Sequence record: PP496436.1
Direction: 5' to 3' (one strand)
Length of the DNA stretch: 64,000 nucleotides
Both the position numbers and the translations under genes were made by a program. Shown piece after piece: positions 37,033-45,296 of the stretch. The first letter of the stretch is position 1; the number at the start of each line of letters is the position of its first letter. Below the pieces are notes generated by a model. It was not told the origin of the DNA. It ran no database searches and saw only the letters and a list, made by a program, of their open reading frames with translations.

Positions 37033-38022
37033 ATGGCCCTTTCAACCTGGCCGCTGACCGAAGGTGAACTCGGTCAGGGCCTCGTCAACGAACTGAATCG
37101 TACCAGCAAGGCGCTGGTGAACCGGAGTATGTGGTCTTTGCCATTGCTCCGGCGTTTGTTTTATCGGCGCACCGAGATTGGTGTCCCGGAGCTACTCCAC
37201 GTCTGTACCAGCATTCATCGGGGCAAGACTTACTTCTGCCTGTTGGTGAACTTCCGAGACGTGGTGATGGGCAATCCCGACCAGTATGGCTGGGATCTGG
37301 CGGGCCGCTGGTTGTTCTACGACGTTGACCTGCTGGACACCCCGCCGTTCAAAGCGGTGAAGAAGTCCATTGAGTCCCGTGCCACCAAGACCGAAGTGTC
37401 GTACGGTCAGGCTTTCCTCCCTTACGAGAAGAGTGATGAGGAATACGTCAAGTCCCTCAAGGGCAACTACAAGCCCCACATCTTCGGCGAGAAGTCCAAG
37501 CAGTATCGCGTCTTATCGTACTTCGGGCTGGCAGCGGTAGCCCCCTTCGCTCAAGCTCTGATGTGCTTCGGCATTCAGCGCGCCGAAAGGTTTATGGCCG
37601 AAGGGCAGAACGATGTCCTCCCCGAGTTGTACGACCTGCCACTGCAACTGGCGGGGCTCGGCAATGTCTCGAACACCCGCATCGGCTGCGTGACCATTGA
37701 AGTCGAAGGTACGATGGTAGGTGCTATCAGCATGTATGCTCAAGGTGCACTGGGCGACGCGGACATGCTGTATCTGCACGAGATCCTCATCGACCCGGAC
37801 CCCAAGTGGAAGAGCTTGTCGCTGGCTACTCTGCTGCACATTCATGCCGTCCTGTACTATCGCCGATCCCTCCAGAAAGACATAGTGTTCAACCTGGGCT
37901 ATAACTTCGCCGATGGGTATCAAGGTTACAAGGATGTCTTCCGTCCCAACGCCAACGCCTTCAACGTGTACACCGAGATGGACACCGAGCCCGGCGTACC
38001 ACTGTCCTGTTTCAAGGGGTAA
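37033..38022 (+). CDS. FemAB-like / dupli-GNAT acyltransferase paralogue 1
   Basis: SDEEYVKSLKGNYK, VGAISMY, SLSLATLLHIHAV, FNLGYNFADGYQGYKDVF. Confidence 0.55.
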   Translation: MALSTWPLTEGELGQGLVNELNRTSKALVNRSMWSLPLLRRLFYRRTEIGVPELLHVCTSIHRGKTYFCLLVNFRDVVMGNPDQYGWDLAGRWLFYDVDLLDTPPFKAVKKSIESRATKTEVSYGQAFLPYEKSDEEYVKSLKGNYKPHIFGEKSKQYRVLSYFGLAAVAPFAQALMCFGIQRAERFMAEGQNDVLPELYDLPLQLAGLGNVSNTRIGCVTIEVEGTMVGAISMYAQGALGDADMLYLHEILIDPDPKWKSLSLATLLHIHAVLYYRRSLQKDIVFNLGYNFADGYQGYKDVFRPNANAFNVYTEMDTEPGVPLSCFKG

Positions 38023-38025
38023 GAC

Positions 38026-39027
38026 ATGTACACTCCGTATTCCCAAAACAGCCTTATGCAGTCGATCCCTCTGGATGACCAAGGTACATTCGCCCATCCA
38101 CCGTACACGATGGAAGGAGAGTTCACCGACGTGTGGACGAATCCCAGCCTGTACGGGTTTGTTAGCTTGTTGAACGGTCAGAGCAATAGCCGGGCATATC
38201 GAGACTGGATGACCACCCACAATCTTCCAGCCCTGTTCCTCGGTCCGCACCATGAAGACAACTTCTGGTTTGAATTCAGCACTGGTCTCGATTCCAACTG
38301 CACGCTGGATTACAACGAGATCAACGTCCAAGGCAACCTGCAGGACTTCCTTGGGAGATTGACGTCATCTCGCCGTCGCTCCGTGCTCAAGGCAAAGGAA
38401 ACGGATACAATGATCCACAAGGCAGGCTCGGTAGCCAACTTCAACCTGTATCATCCGGTAGAGGGTAGGCTGTATAGTCTGACCGTGATTCACGAACGCC
38501 GGGTGATGAAAGATATTTCCGAGTTTATCGAATCGAAACTCTGGAGTATGAAGCATACGCCTACTGACCTCACGTACGGTGCATTCACCACTCTGATGGA
38601 CTACATCCGGTTGAAGCAGCGAGATGACACGCCGCTGGGCCACCGGTTGCGCAACGTACAGCTCTTGGTTATCCGAGATGAACGCTCCGGGTTTATCGTG
38701 TCGGTACACCTGGTGGCGATCACCACGTTGAAAGATGAGTCCATGAACCCCATCAAGACGTACATGCACTCCTTCGCACGCATCACTGTTCTCCCTGCAC
38801 GCATCGCCTTACTTGCGTTGATCAAGGCGGTTCAAGAGTTAAACGTCACCAGTCAGTATGCGTCCCGTGCACTGGCGAAGATCGACTATCTTGATGTGAG
38901 CAACGTGGTGCTGTCCGAGCGAGAGCAGTACAAGTCGGACTTCTTCACCGGCAAATGCCAAGTGCGTGCGTGGGCATCCCCGGCGCTGCTGGAACGGCAG
39001 TTACCTTTCGTCACGCCGATCCCGTAA
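38026..39027 (+). CDS. FemAB-like / dupli-GNAT acyltransferase paralogue 2
   Basis: NLQDFLGRLTSSRRRSVLKA ... EQYKSDFF. Confidence 0.45.
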   Translation: MYTPYSQNSLMQSIPLDDQGTFAHPPYTMEGEFTDVWTNPSLYGFVSLLNGQSNSRAYRDWMTTHNLPALFLGPHHEDNFWFEFSTGLDSNCTLDYNEINVQGNLQDFLGRLTSSRRRSVLKAKETDTMIHKAGSVANFNLYHPVEGRLYSLTVIHERRVMKDISEFIESKLWSMKHTPTDLTYGAFTTLMDYIRLKQRDDTPLGHRLRNVQLLVIRDERSGFIVSVHLVAITTLKDESMNPIKTYMHSFARITVLPARIALLALIKAVQELNVTSQYASRALAKIDYLDVSNVVLSEREQYKSDFFTGKCQVRAWASPALLERQLPFVTPIP

Positions 39028-39081
39028 CTCTGTAAATGATGGGAACAGCCCCACCATCACTTCATCTCTAGGGTAGTTCCC

Positions 39082-40134
39082 ATGCAAGACTTCGATAAGA
39101 TAATGATCGATAGTAGTTTGACATCCAATCTGGTGTACGCAGGGTTGGGTAACTTGATCACGCCCCGCGCACTTGACCTGCTGATCGAACATCAGGCTGC
39201 ACTGGAAAACGTATACGCCAATCTGGAAACGGCCTATCAGATTACCCCACCCTTCCCCTGTGAAGCTGCATTCAATTCCCCTGACAAAGATCCTGTGCTG
39301 GTCGCCGACTATCTGAATGCTACTCCCGCCATCCGTTGCGGAGAGCTGGCTGGATTCGAGGCAAAGCCCGGCAGTTACTACCATGCGCCCGCCGCTGGTA
39401 TCTCCCCGGAACATCGCATTGACGTACGTGGTATGTCTTTGCGTGAGTTCGACCACTATCTGGTTGAGCGTAAGGAAGTATCCCGTATCACTACCAATCT
39501 GGTGGCCGACAAGTTCCGCTGTGAGACGCATGTGTACAAAGTGGATGAAGATCATATCCTGATCCATGACGCCGAACGAGTTGGGATCAGCCAGACGGAC
39601 TTCCGCCGCATGTGGGCGCAGACCCGCCGCCGGGAAATCGCTGAAAACTATCTGCAGTACATGCCCATCGAAGATTCCGCCAAGGATGATCAGGTGGTGC
39701 GACTGATCAACGAAGACGTAGCACGGGTGTTCGCCCAGAACGTCGACTACGACCGCATGATTCCGCCCGAGCTGATCTTCGATGGTCAGGGCAAGCCGGT
39801 GCTGACCGTGCTGAAAGATTGCAACGCCAAGGTATTGGGCATTGGTGTGTACGTCATCTACAAGTCAGCTGACCCAGAGCATGACAGCGAACTGCACTGG
39901 CGTGGCGCTTTCTACGATCACGAAGATCCTCGCGTAGCATCCATGGGCATTGAACACGCTCTGGTTGCCAGCGCACTGCACACAGCGTACGCCTGCAACG
40001 CGGTCCTCTATCTGACCAAGGCACCTAAGTCCGTGTGCGACGCATGGAAGACGGAAGTGCACCAAGGTTACGGTCTGGTCCGTAATGCGATGCCGGAACT
40101 GTCTGACACCCCTTACATTCTGGCTATCCAGTAA
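39082..40134 (+). CDS. FemAB/ATE-like dupli-GNAT acyltransferase paralogue 3
   Basis: EFDHYLVE; KVLGIGVY..WRGAFYDHEDPRVASMGIEHAL..VLYL, which resembles the aminoacyl-transferase C-terminal GNAT. Confidence 0.45.
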   Translation: MQDFDKIMIDSSLTSNLVYAGLGNLITPRALDLLIEHQAALENVYANLETAYQITPPFPCEAAFNSPDKDPVLVADYLNATPAIRCGELAGFEAKPGSYYHAPAAGISPEHRIDVRGMSLREFDHYLVERKEVSRITTNLVADKFRCETHVYKVDEDHILIHDAERVGISQTDFRRMWAQTRRREIAENYLQYMPIEDSAKDDQVVRLINEDVARVFAQNVDYDRMIPPELIFDGQGKPVLTVLKDCNAKVLGIGVYVIYKSADPEHDSELHWRGAFYDHEDPRVASMGIEHALVASALHTAYACNAVLYLTKAPKSVCDAWKTEVHQGYGLVRNAMPELSDTPYILAIQ

Positions 40135-40167
40135 ATAGCCGGTAACTCCATCCATTGAGGTACTTCC

Positions 40168-42252
40168 ATGAAATCCGTGAACCCCATCTTCAAACACGTT
40201 CCCCAGTTCGACTGGCCTGTCATTCCCCGTGCGCAGTGGGAAGAGATCATCAAGGGAAAAGAGCATGTGATGTTCGACTCCTTCTCGCAGCTCGCTCAGG
40301 TGCTGGCTATCCCGGTGAGCAGTTACCAGTTCTACTTCGAAGATGGGTCCACGTTGTTCGCCGGTCCCGAAGCAACCTTCACCGCCGCCCCCTATCCGTT
40401 GTATCAGGATCTGGAATTCGTCCTGACCCCGGATGAGACGTTGGTGCCGGGTCTTGCACTGGATACCAAACCGTGGGGCCTGTACACCGACGAATGGGTG
40501 GACAACTACGAAGGTGCGGACAAGGAAGACATCGGCAACAAGACCGGGTTCGAATTCATTCCGCTGTCGGACGCTTTGAAACTGGTGGTCCTCAACACGG
40601 AGACCATGCAGCTCCAGTACACTGCAATCGAGAGCTTCACGTACGACGGCGTGACTTACGTATACCTGCTGGCCGATGGCGTGTGCTGGGTACTGGCGGG
40701 CAAGTCCGGTGGTCTGGTTGCCAGCGAGCATGACAAAGGCGCGGCGTTCATCATGGTGTCCCATCCCGAGTTCGCCGGGTGCAGCGTAGACAACATGTAC
40801 CCAAGTGAGTTCGGTGAAGCGGAAGCGACGTTCTACGTTCAAGACGAGGAACACAATTACCTGGACGCGGCTAACCGCATCTTCGAGGAAGCCAAGGACG
40901 TAGGCGCTGGCACGTTCCTGACCATTGAGACCGGTGATGGATTGCCGACCGCGCTGGCGTACAACCTGCGGTACAGTGATGTGGCCCACGTTAATCTGCC
41001 GATGCACAACATCCACCAGTTCACTTCTCTTCACGTACGACTGGGTGAGACGCCTAACTTCTCCGAGGCCCCGGAAGCGTGCCGCATGAAAGAGGTGATG
41101 GAGTATCTGGCGGACCCTGAGTCCCCGGTAGATCATTACTGGTCGGCCATCATGGTACTGGAGAAGAACTTCCCCGGTTTCGCCGACGCCCTGAAAGACT
41201 CCAGTGTCCCGACCCGTGACATCGTGCACTCCAAACAGGCGTTCAGCTTGGAGATCGATCGCCAGTTCGGCAAGGAAGTGGCAAGCAAGATCGGGCTGAA
41301 CACTGGCGTATTCGCTCAAGTGAAAGACCGTGATGAATGGCTGGTACGCAAACACGAGTTCCCTACCGATAAGGTGGCCGTCAAGTACAACACCAAACAC
41401 TTCATCGGCATCTTCGACAAGGACGAGGTATCGAAGTCCATCAACATGTGGCTGGCTGGTCAACCCGGAGAGTCGCTGATGATCGAAGAGTACTTCGGTG
41501 AGGGCAATCAGGAATTCAACCTGTGCTACGTGATCAACGAAGATTTCGTGCAGCCGACGCTGTTCCTGTGCGAAGTCAACAAGATCCTCGGCAATGACAC
41601 CGGCGGCAAAGGTGGCAACACGCTGGCCTGCCATGATGCTCGTATTAACAAGTACCCTGAGTTCTTCGAGCCGGTCAATAATGCGCTTGCTAACCTGCAT
41701 GAGCACGTGGAAGGTGTGAAGGGCTGGGTTGACCTGAGCTTCATGGTTCGCGACGGTATCCCATACTTCACAGAGTGGTGCATTCGCATCGGCTGCTCCA
41801 ACAACGCCACCATCGTGCGCCAGATGGAGACCCCGCTCGACGTCCTGTTGACTAACGTGGTCAACAAGGTGCATACCGAGCTGTCTTGGAAACACTCCAT
41901 GTCTGTCAGCGTGGACATCTACAGCATGCCGCTATCCGCAGGCAACGACGCCAACATGCAGTTCACCGACTCGCTGACCACTCCGGTAGAGATGGTGTCC
42001 CCGCTCAATCTGGAACTGGCGGCGGAGAGTTTCTTCGACCCGATTGATTCGGCCTGGAACGCGGTGTACGACGGCTACATCGTCGAGGCGTATAATCGCT
42101 ATGGCACCGTCTCGGGGTACTCCACCAACTGGAACTTCGCCTGCAATGCGGCGTATAATCACTTGAAAGATCAGTCGGTGTTGTACGGAGCGTACCGCGA
42201 AGCGCCTGCCCACCATGACCCACTGACTCTGTTCCCTTTCCTCAAGGCGTAA
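40168..42252 (+). CDS. ATP-grasp amide ligase, PurD-like C-terminal half with a long N-terminal region
   Basis: LMIEEYF..QEF..EVNKILGNDTGGKGGNT..GWVDLSFMV..PYFTEWCIRIG aligns with PurD IEEFL..QDHKR..DTGPNTGGMG..VIEFNCRFG. Confidence 0.7.
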   Translation: MKSVNPIFKHVPQFDWPVIPRAQWEEIIKGKEHVMFDSFSQLAQVLAIPVSSYQFYFEDGSTLFAGPEATFTAAPYPLYQDLEFVLTPDETLVPGLALDTKPWGLYTDEWVDNYEGADKEDIGNKTGFEFIPLSDALKLVVLNTETMQLQYTAIESFTYDGVTYVYLLADGVCWVLAGKSGGLVASEHDKGAAFIMVSHPEFAGCSVDNMYPSEFGEAEATFYVQDEEHNYLDAANRIFEEAKDVGAGTFLTIETGDGLPTALAYNLRYSDVAHVNLPMHNIHQFTSLHVRLGETPNFSEAPEACRMKEVMEYLADPESPVDHYWSAIMVLEKNFPGFADALKDSSVPTRDIVHSKQAFSLEIDRQFGKEVASKIGLNTGVFAQVKDRDEWLVRKHEFPTDKVAVKYNTKHFIGIFDKDEVSKSINMWLAGQPGESLMIEEYFGEGNQEFNLCYVINEDFVQPTLFLCEVNKILGNDTGGKGGNTLACHDARINKYPEFFEPVNNALANLHEHVEGVKGWVDLSFMVRDGIPYFTEWCIRIGCSNNATIVRQMETPLDVLLTNVVNKVHTELSWKHSMSVSVDIYSMPLSAGNDANMQFTDSLTTPVEMVSPLNLELAAESFFDPIDSAWNAVYDGYIVEAYNRYGTVSGYSTNWNFACNAAYNHLKDQSVLYGAYREAPAHHDPLTLFPFLKA

Positions 42253-42255
42253 TCC

Positions 42256-43416
42256 ATGAGCACTCCATTCCAAGAGTTCACCCTAGAGGGGTGGATTCAA
42301 CATATGAATCAGGATCAAATCTGGAAGCGGTACGCCAACGATCATCCTAACAGGGTTGAGTTCAGCCCTGTTTGGCGTGACGAGATGTATCGGTTGATGG
42401 TACAGTTCAAAGAGCTGCTGCCGATGTCGTTCTCCAATCCGGTGTACGGCTTCACCGAAGGCTATCTGGAAGGGTTCGGACTCCAGCCCTTCTACGGCGA
42501 TGATCCTTTCAATCCGATGGTTCAGCCTCTTAGCCATCCTCTGGTTCACGTGGGCTTCCCACTCACACTGGACGAGATCGTAGCGAGCGTGCGGGACTGG
42601 CAGTCCCTGAGCGATCACCTGGGGCGTCCGCAACTGGTCGATACATTCGAGCCGGTTTCACTGCTAGCGCGCAACCTGTACGAGCCTAACGCGCTGCTGG
42701 CCGTACGGAACAAGGAAGAGATCGTGATGAACGGGGGCACGCCCGCGAACTACTTCCTCTGGCTGAATAGCCCGGTCACCGAACTCAAAGACGACTTCGA
42801 CGTTTATCTGGCCAGCCTGACCAAGAAGCGCCGCTACAAAGTGAAGCAGGCGTTGGCGACGGTAGGCACCGAAGAGAATCCCCGGATCAGCGTCAGCACC
42901 GGGTCTCGTTTCGGCGAAGGGCTGTTGTCCGATCAGGTGGACAGCATCCTTGCGACGTTCGAAGATCCAGTGGACATCGAGTGCATGCTTCTTCAGTTGC
43001 TATTCGGGGTTGCAACCTGCAATACCCATCCGCATCTTGTCGATCTGGTGTGTGCAGACCAGCAGTTGGGGATCTTCATCAAGCGTAACGGCCACACGAT
43101 GAACTTCCTCTACAACCGCGACCCGGACAACCGCGCTGATTCAGGCATAAACCTGCTTACCCAGTACGTGCGCCATCTGCACATGAACCGACCGGAAGGC
43201 GTTATGTACGTGGACCCGACATGCCGATATCGGCCTGACGAGGACAGTATGAACACCTACAAGCGGGTGATCACCAACGAGAACCGGTATCACCCAATGC
43301 CGTTCGTCTCGGCTGACCCTGCGCACATCGAAGGTGTGCTTACCCCGGCGTTCATTGCAGGCCATTGGCAGATGTCGGCGTCCAACGGACCGGCCAACCC
43401 CGAGATGATGGAGTAA
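42256..43416 (+). CDS. FemAB-like / dupli-GNAT acyltransferase paralogue 4
   Basis: DFDVYLASLTKKRRYKVKQAL ... MNTYKRVI. Confidence 0.6.
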   Translation: MSTPFQEFTLEGWIQHMNQDQIWKRYANDHPNRVEFSPVWRDEMYRLMVQFKELLPMSFSNPVYGFTEGYLEGFGLQPFYGDDPFNPMVQPLSHPLVHVGFPLTLDEIVASVRDWQSLSDHLGRPQLVDTFEPVSLLARNLYEPNALLAVRNKEEIVMNGGTPANYFLWLNSPVTELKDDFDVYLASLTKKRRYKVKQALATVGTEENPRISVSTGSRFGEGLLSDQVDSILATFEDPVDIECMLLQLLFGVATCNTHPHLVDLVCADQQLGIFIKRNGHTMNFLYNRDPDNRADSGINLLTQYVRHLHMNRPEGVMYVDPTCRYRPDEDSMNTYKRVITNENRYHPMPFVSADPAHIEGVLTPAFIAGHWQMSASNGPANPEMME

Positions 43417-43418
43417 CC

Positions 43419-44366
43419 ATGGCAAAGTCCAAAATGAGACGGTTGGCGATCAACCACATCTATGACTTCTACCCGTTGTATCAGGTGATGTACGGGCGTG
43501 GCATGGAGACCAAAGCGTTCGAGGTATCCAAGTTCGCCAAGATGGTTATGGACTTCGAAGCCTCGACCAGTACTCGCCGGAAGTGGGACGTGCTGGAGCC
43601 CTTCAGCGGTATCAGTGAACACGAACACTTCTTCGCTGCGACCGGCCTGAACATCGAGCACTACACCGGCATGGACATTGTGGTTCCAGATGGGGCCACG
43701 AACGTCATTCAAGGGGACATCATCACCGACACCCTTCCGTTTCACGTCAACGCAGTGTTCGCCTTCTACTACAGCTTGCAGAATGTACGGGACGCGGCGA
43801 CCGGCATGCACACGCGGGCCAAGCTGGTGGAGTTCTTCGACAACATCATTGGTCATCTGCAAGTAAATGCGAACAAGAGCCGTATGCCCGCAGTGTTCGC
43901 GTTCCACCTTGACCAGCCTGAAGATCCTAATTACTATCTGACGTCCCGTGCCGACGTTGGAGGTGAACAGTCATGGACTGCACCCGCGTGTGGTCTGCTC
44001 GGGCAGTGGGTCAAGTGCAAGCCGACTGACACTCTGGAAGTCAAGTGCAATCTGGATACCTGGTACAACCGCGTGCAGTGCACAGCGTATGATCAGGCAG
44101 AGGACATTCAGATTCTGGTAAATGGGAAAGTAACCGCTGTCGTAGACATCGAGCAGCCGTTCACCCATCGGGTCTGGACCGAGCATGAGGTCATCGATAT
44201 CCTGCGGGGTCTGGACTACAATCTGCACTTCCACATGTACAACGGCACCCTCTCCAATTACGACTTCTTGATGACCCGGCTGGACGACAAGCCCGTTCCC
44301 GGCGATGAAGAGTCTAATACTAATCAGATGACAACTGATATGTTGGTTGTCGTTAATCCGAGGTAA
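43419..44366 (+). CDS. Class I SAM-dependent methyltransferase-like paralogue 1
   Basis: VLEPFSG, YTGMDI, IQGDI, VFAFYYSL. Start re-assigned to MAKSK. Confidence 0.6.
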   Translation: MAKSKMRRLAINHIYDFYPLYQVMYGRGMETKAFEVSKFAKMVMDFEASTSTRRKWDVLEPFSGISEHEHFFAATGLNIEHYTGMDIVVPDGATNVIQGDIITDTLPFHVNAVFAFYYSLQNVRDAATGMHTRAKLVEFFDNIIGHLQVNANKSRMPAVFAFHLDQPEDPNYYLTSRADVGGEQSWTAPACGLLGQWVKCKPTDTLEVKCNLDTWYNRVQCTAYDQAEDIQILVNGKVTAVVDIEQPFTHRVWTEHEVIDILRGLDYNLHFHMYNGTLSNYDFLMTRLDDKPVPGDEESNTNQMTTDMLVVVNPR

Positions 44367-44368
44367 GC

Positions 44369-45286
44369 ATGGCTAAGCCCAAGGTTCCAACCAAGACGAT
44401 CCCCACGTTGTACCAAGACTGGGGATTGTACAGCGCCATCTGCGAACTGCCGCAGGAGACGATGCTGATGATGTCGCGCTTCGTGGCAGACCGAACCATT
44501 GAGCACGCTGAGCGTATCGATCAGGTAATGGTCGAGATCATGGAACCCTTCAGCGGCCCAATCCCGTATTACGAGCCAGACATCCGCAGCTTCCTGACCC
44601 GCGCTAAGCTTGATCTGTACACGTACGATCACGTCGAATACCTGGATCACGGCAAACTGTCGGAAGACAACGGCATCATCATCGGTGACATTACCACCAT
44701 CGATCTGAAGCAGAAGTACGACGTCATCTACGGCAGTTACGGCAGCTTGGCCTGCCTGCTGCTGGATCAGACGCACAACAAAGCGTACGAGAAGTCGCAC
44801 GCGGCGCTGGTCAACATCCGCAACCACCTGAAACCCAACGGCATCTTCATCCTGAACGCCAACGGGTCCAGTGAGAGCCTACTGAACAACCTGCTGAACT
44901 CCGATGAGCCGGATCAGGAGATTCGCGTTCGTCCGGGATCGCAGCTTGGCAAGAAGTTCGGCATCAAGCCGGACAGCAACGCGCTGCTTCGCTTCACCTA
45001 TCACGTGGAGTACGACCGACGCACCACCTGCACCATGTGCCACTACAGCGATATGGTGCTGTCTGTAAATGGGGTTGACATCCAGCGCTGGGAGGTGGAA
45101 TCCCCGACGTATCTTGCTCCGCTGGACGAACCCGAACTAATTCGAATGGCAGGTATGGCGGGTTTCAATCTGGACAACACTGAGTTCTACGGATTGGACA
45201 CCACCGGTTATCCTGCCTTCTTCAAAATGGATACGGTCTGCGACGGGTCATGGTCACCCGCCGAGTTCGTAGTCTTTCGCACCTAA
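44369..45286 (+). CDS. Class I SAM-dependent methyltransferase paralogue 2
   Basis: IMEPFSG, IGDITTIDLKQKYDVIYGSYGSL, NIRNHLKPNGIFIL, ELIRMAGMAGF..FYG. Confidence 0.75.
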   Translation: MAKPKVPTKTIPTLYQDWGLYSAICELPQETMLMMSRFVADRTIEHAERIDQVMVEIMEPFSGPIPYYEPDIRSFLTRAKLDLYTYDHVEYLDHGKLSEDNGIIIGDITTIDLKQKYDVIYGSYGSLACLLLDQTHNKAYEKSHAALVNIRNHLKPNGIFILNANGSSESLLNNLLNSDEPDQEIRVRPGSQLGKKFGIKPDSNALLRFTYHVEYDRRTTCTMCHYSDMVLSVNGVDIQRWEVESPTYLAPLDEPELIRMAGMAGFNLDNTEFYGLDTTGYPAFFKMDTVCDGSWSPAEFVVFRT

Positions 45287-45296
45287 CGAGGTTCCT

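Noticed and set aside
40168-42252. Calling the ATP-grasp protein a true PurD (purine biosynthesis)
   Set aside because: The substrate-binding motifs are altered, the N-terminal region differs, and no other pur genes are nearby.
43419-45286. DNA methyltransferases of a restriction-evasion type
   Set aside because: No N6/N4 (DPPY/NPPY) or C5 (PC, ENV) catalytic motifs are seen.
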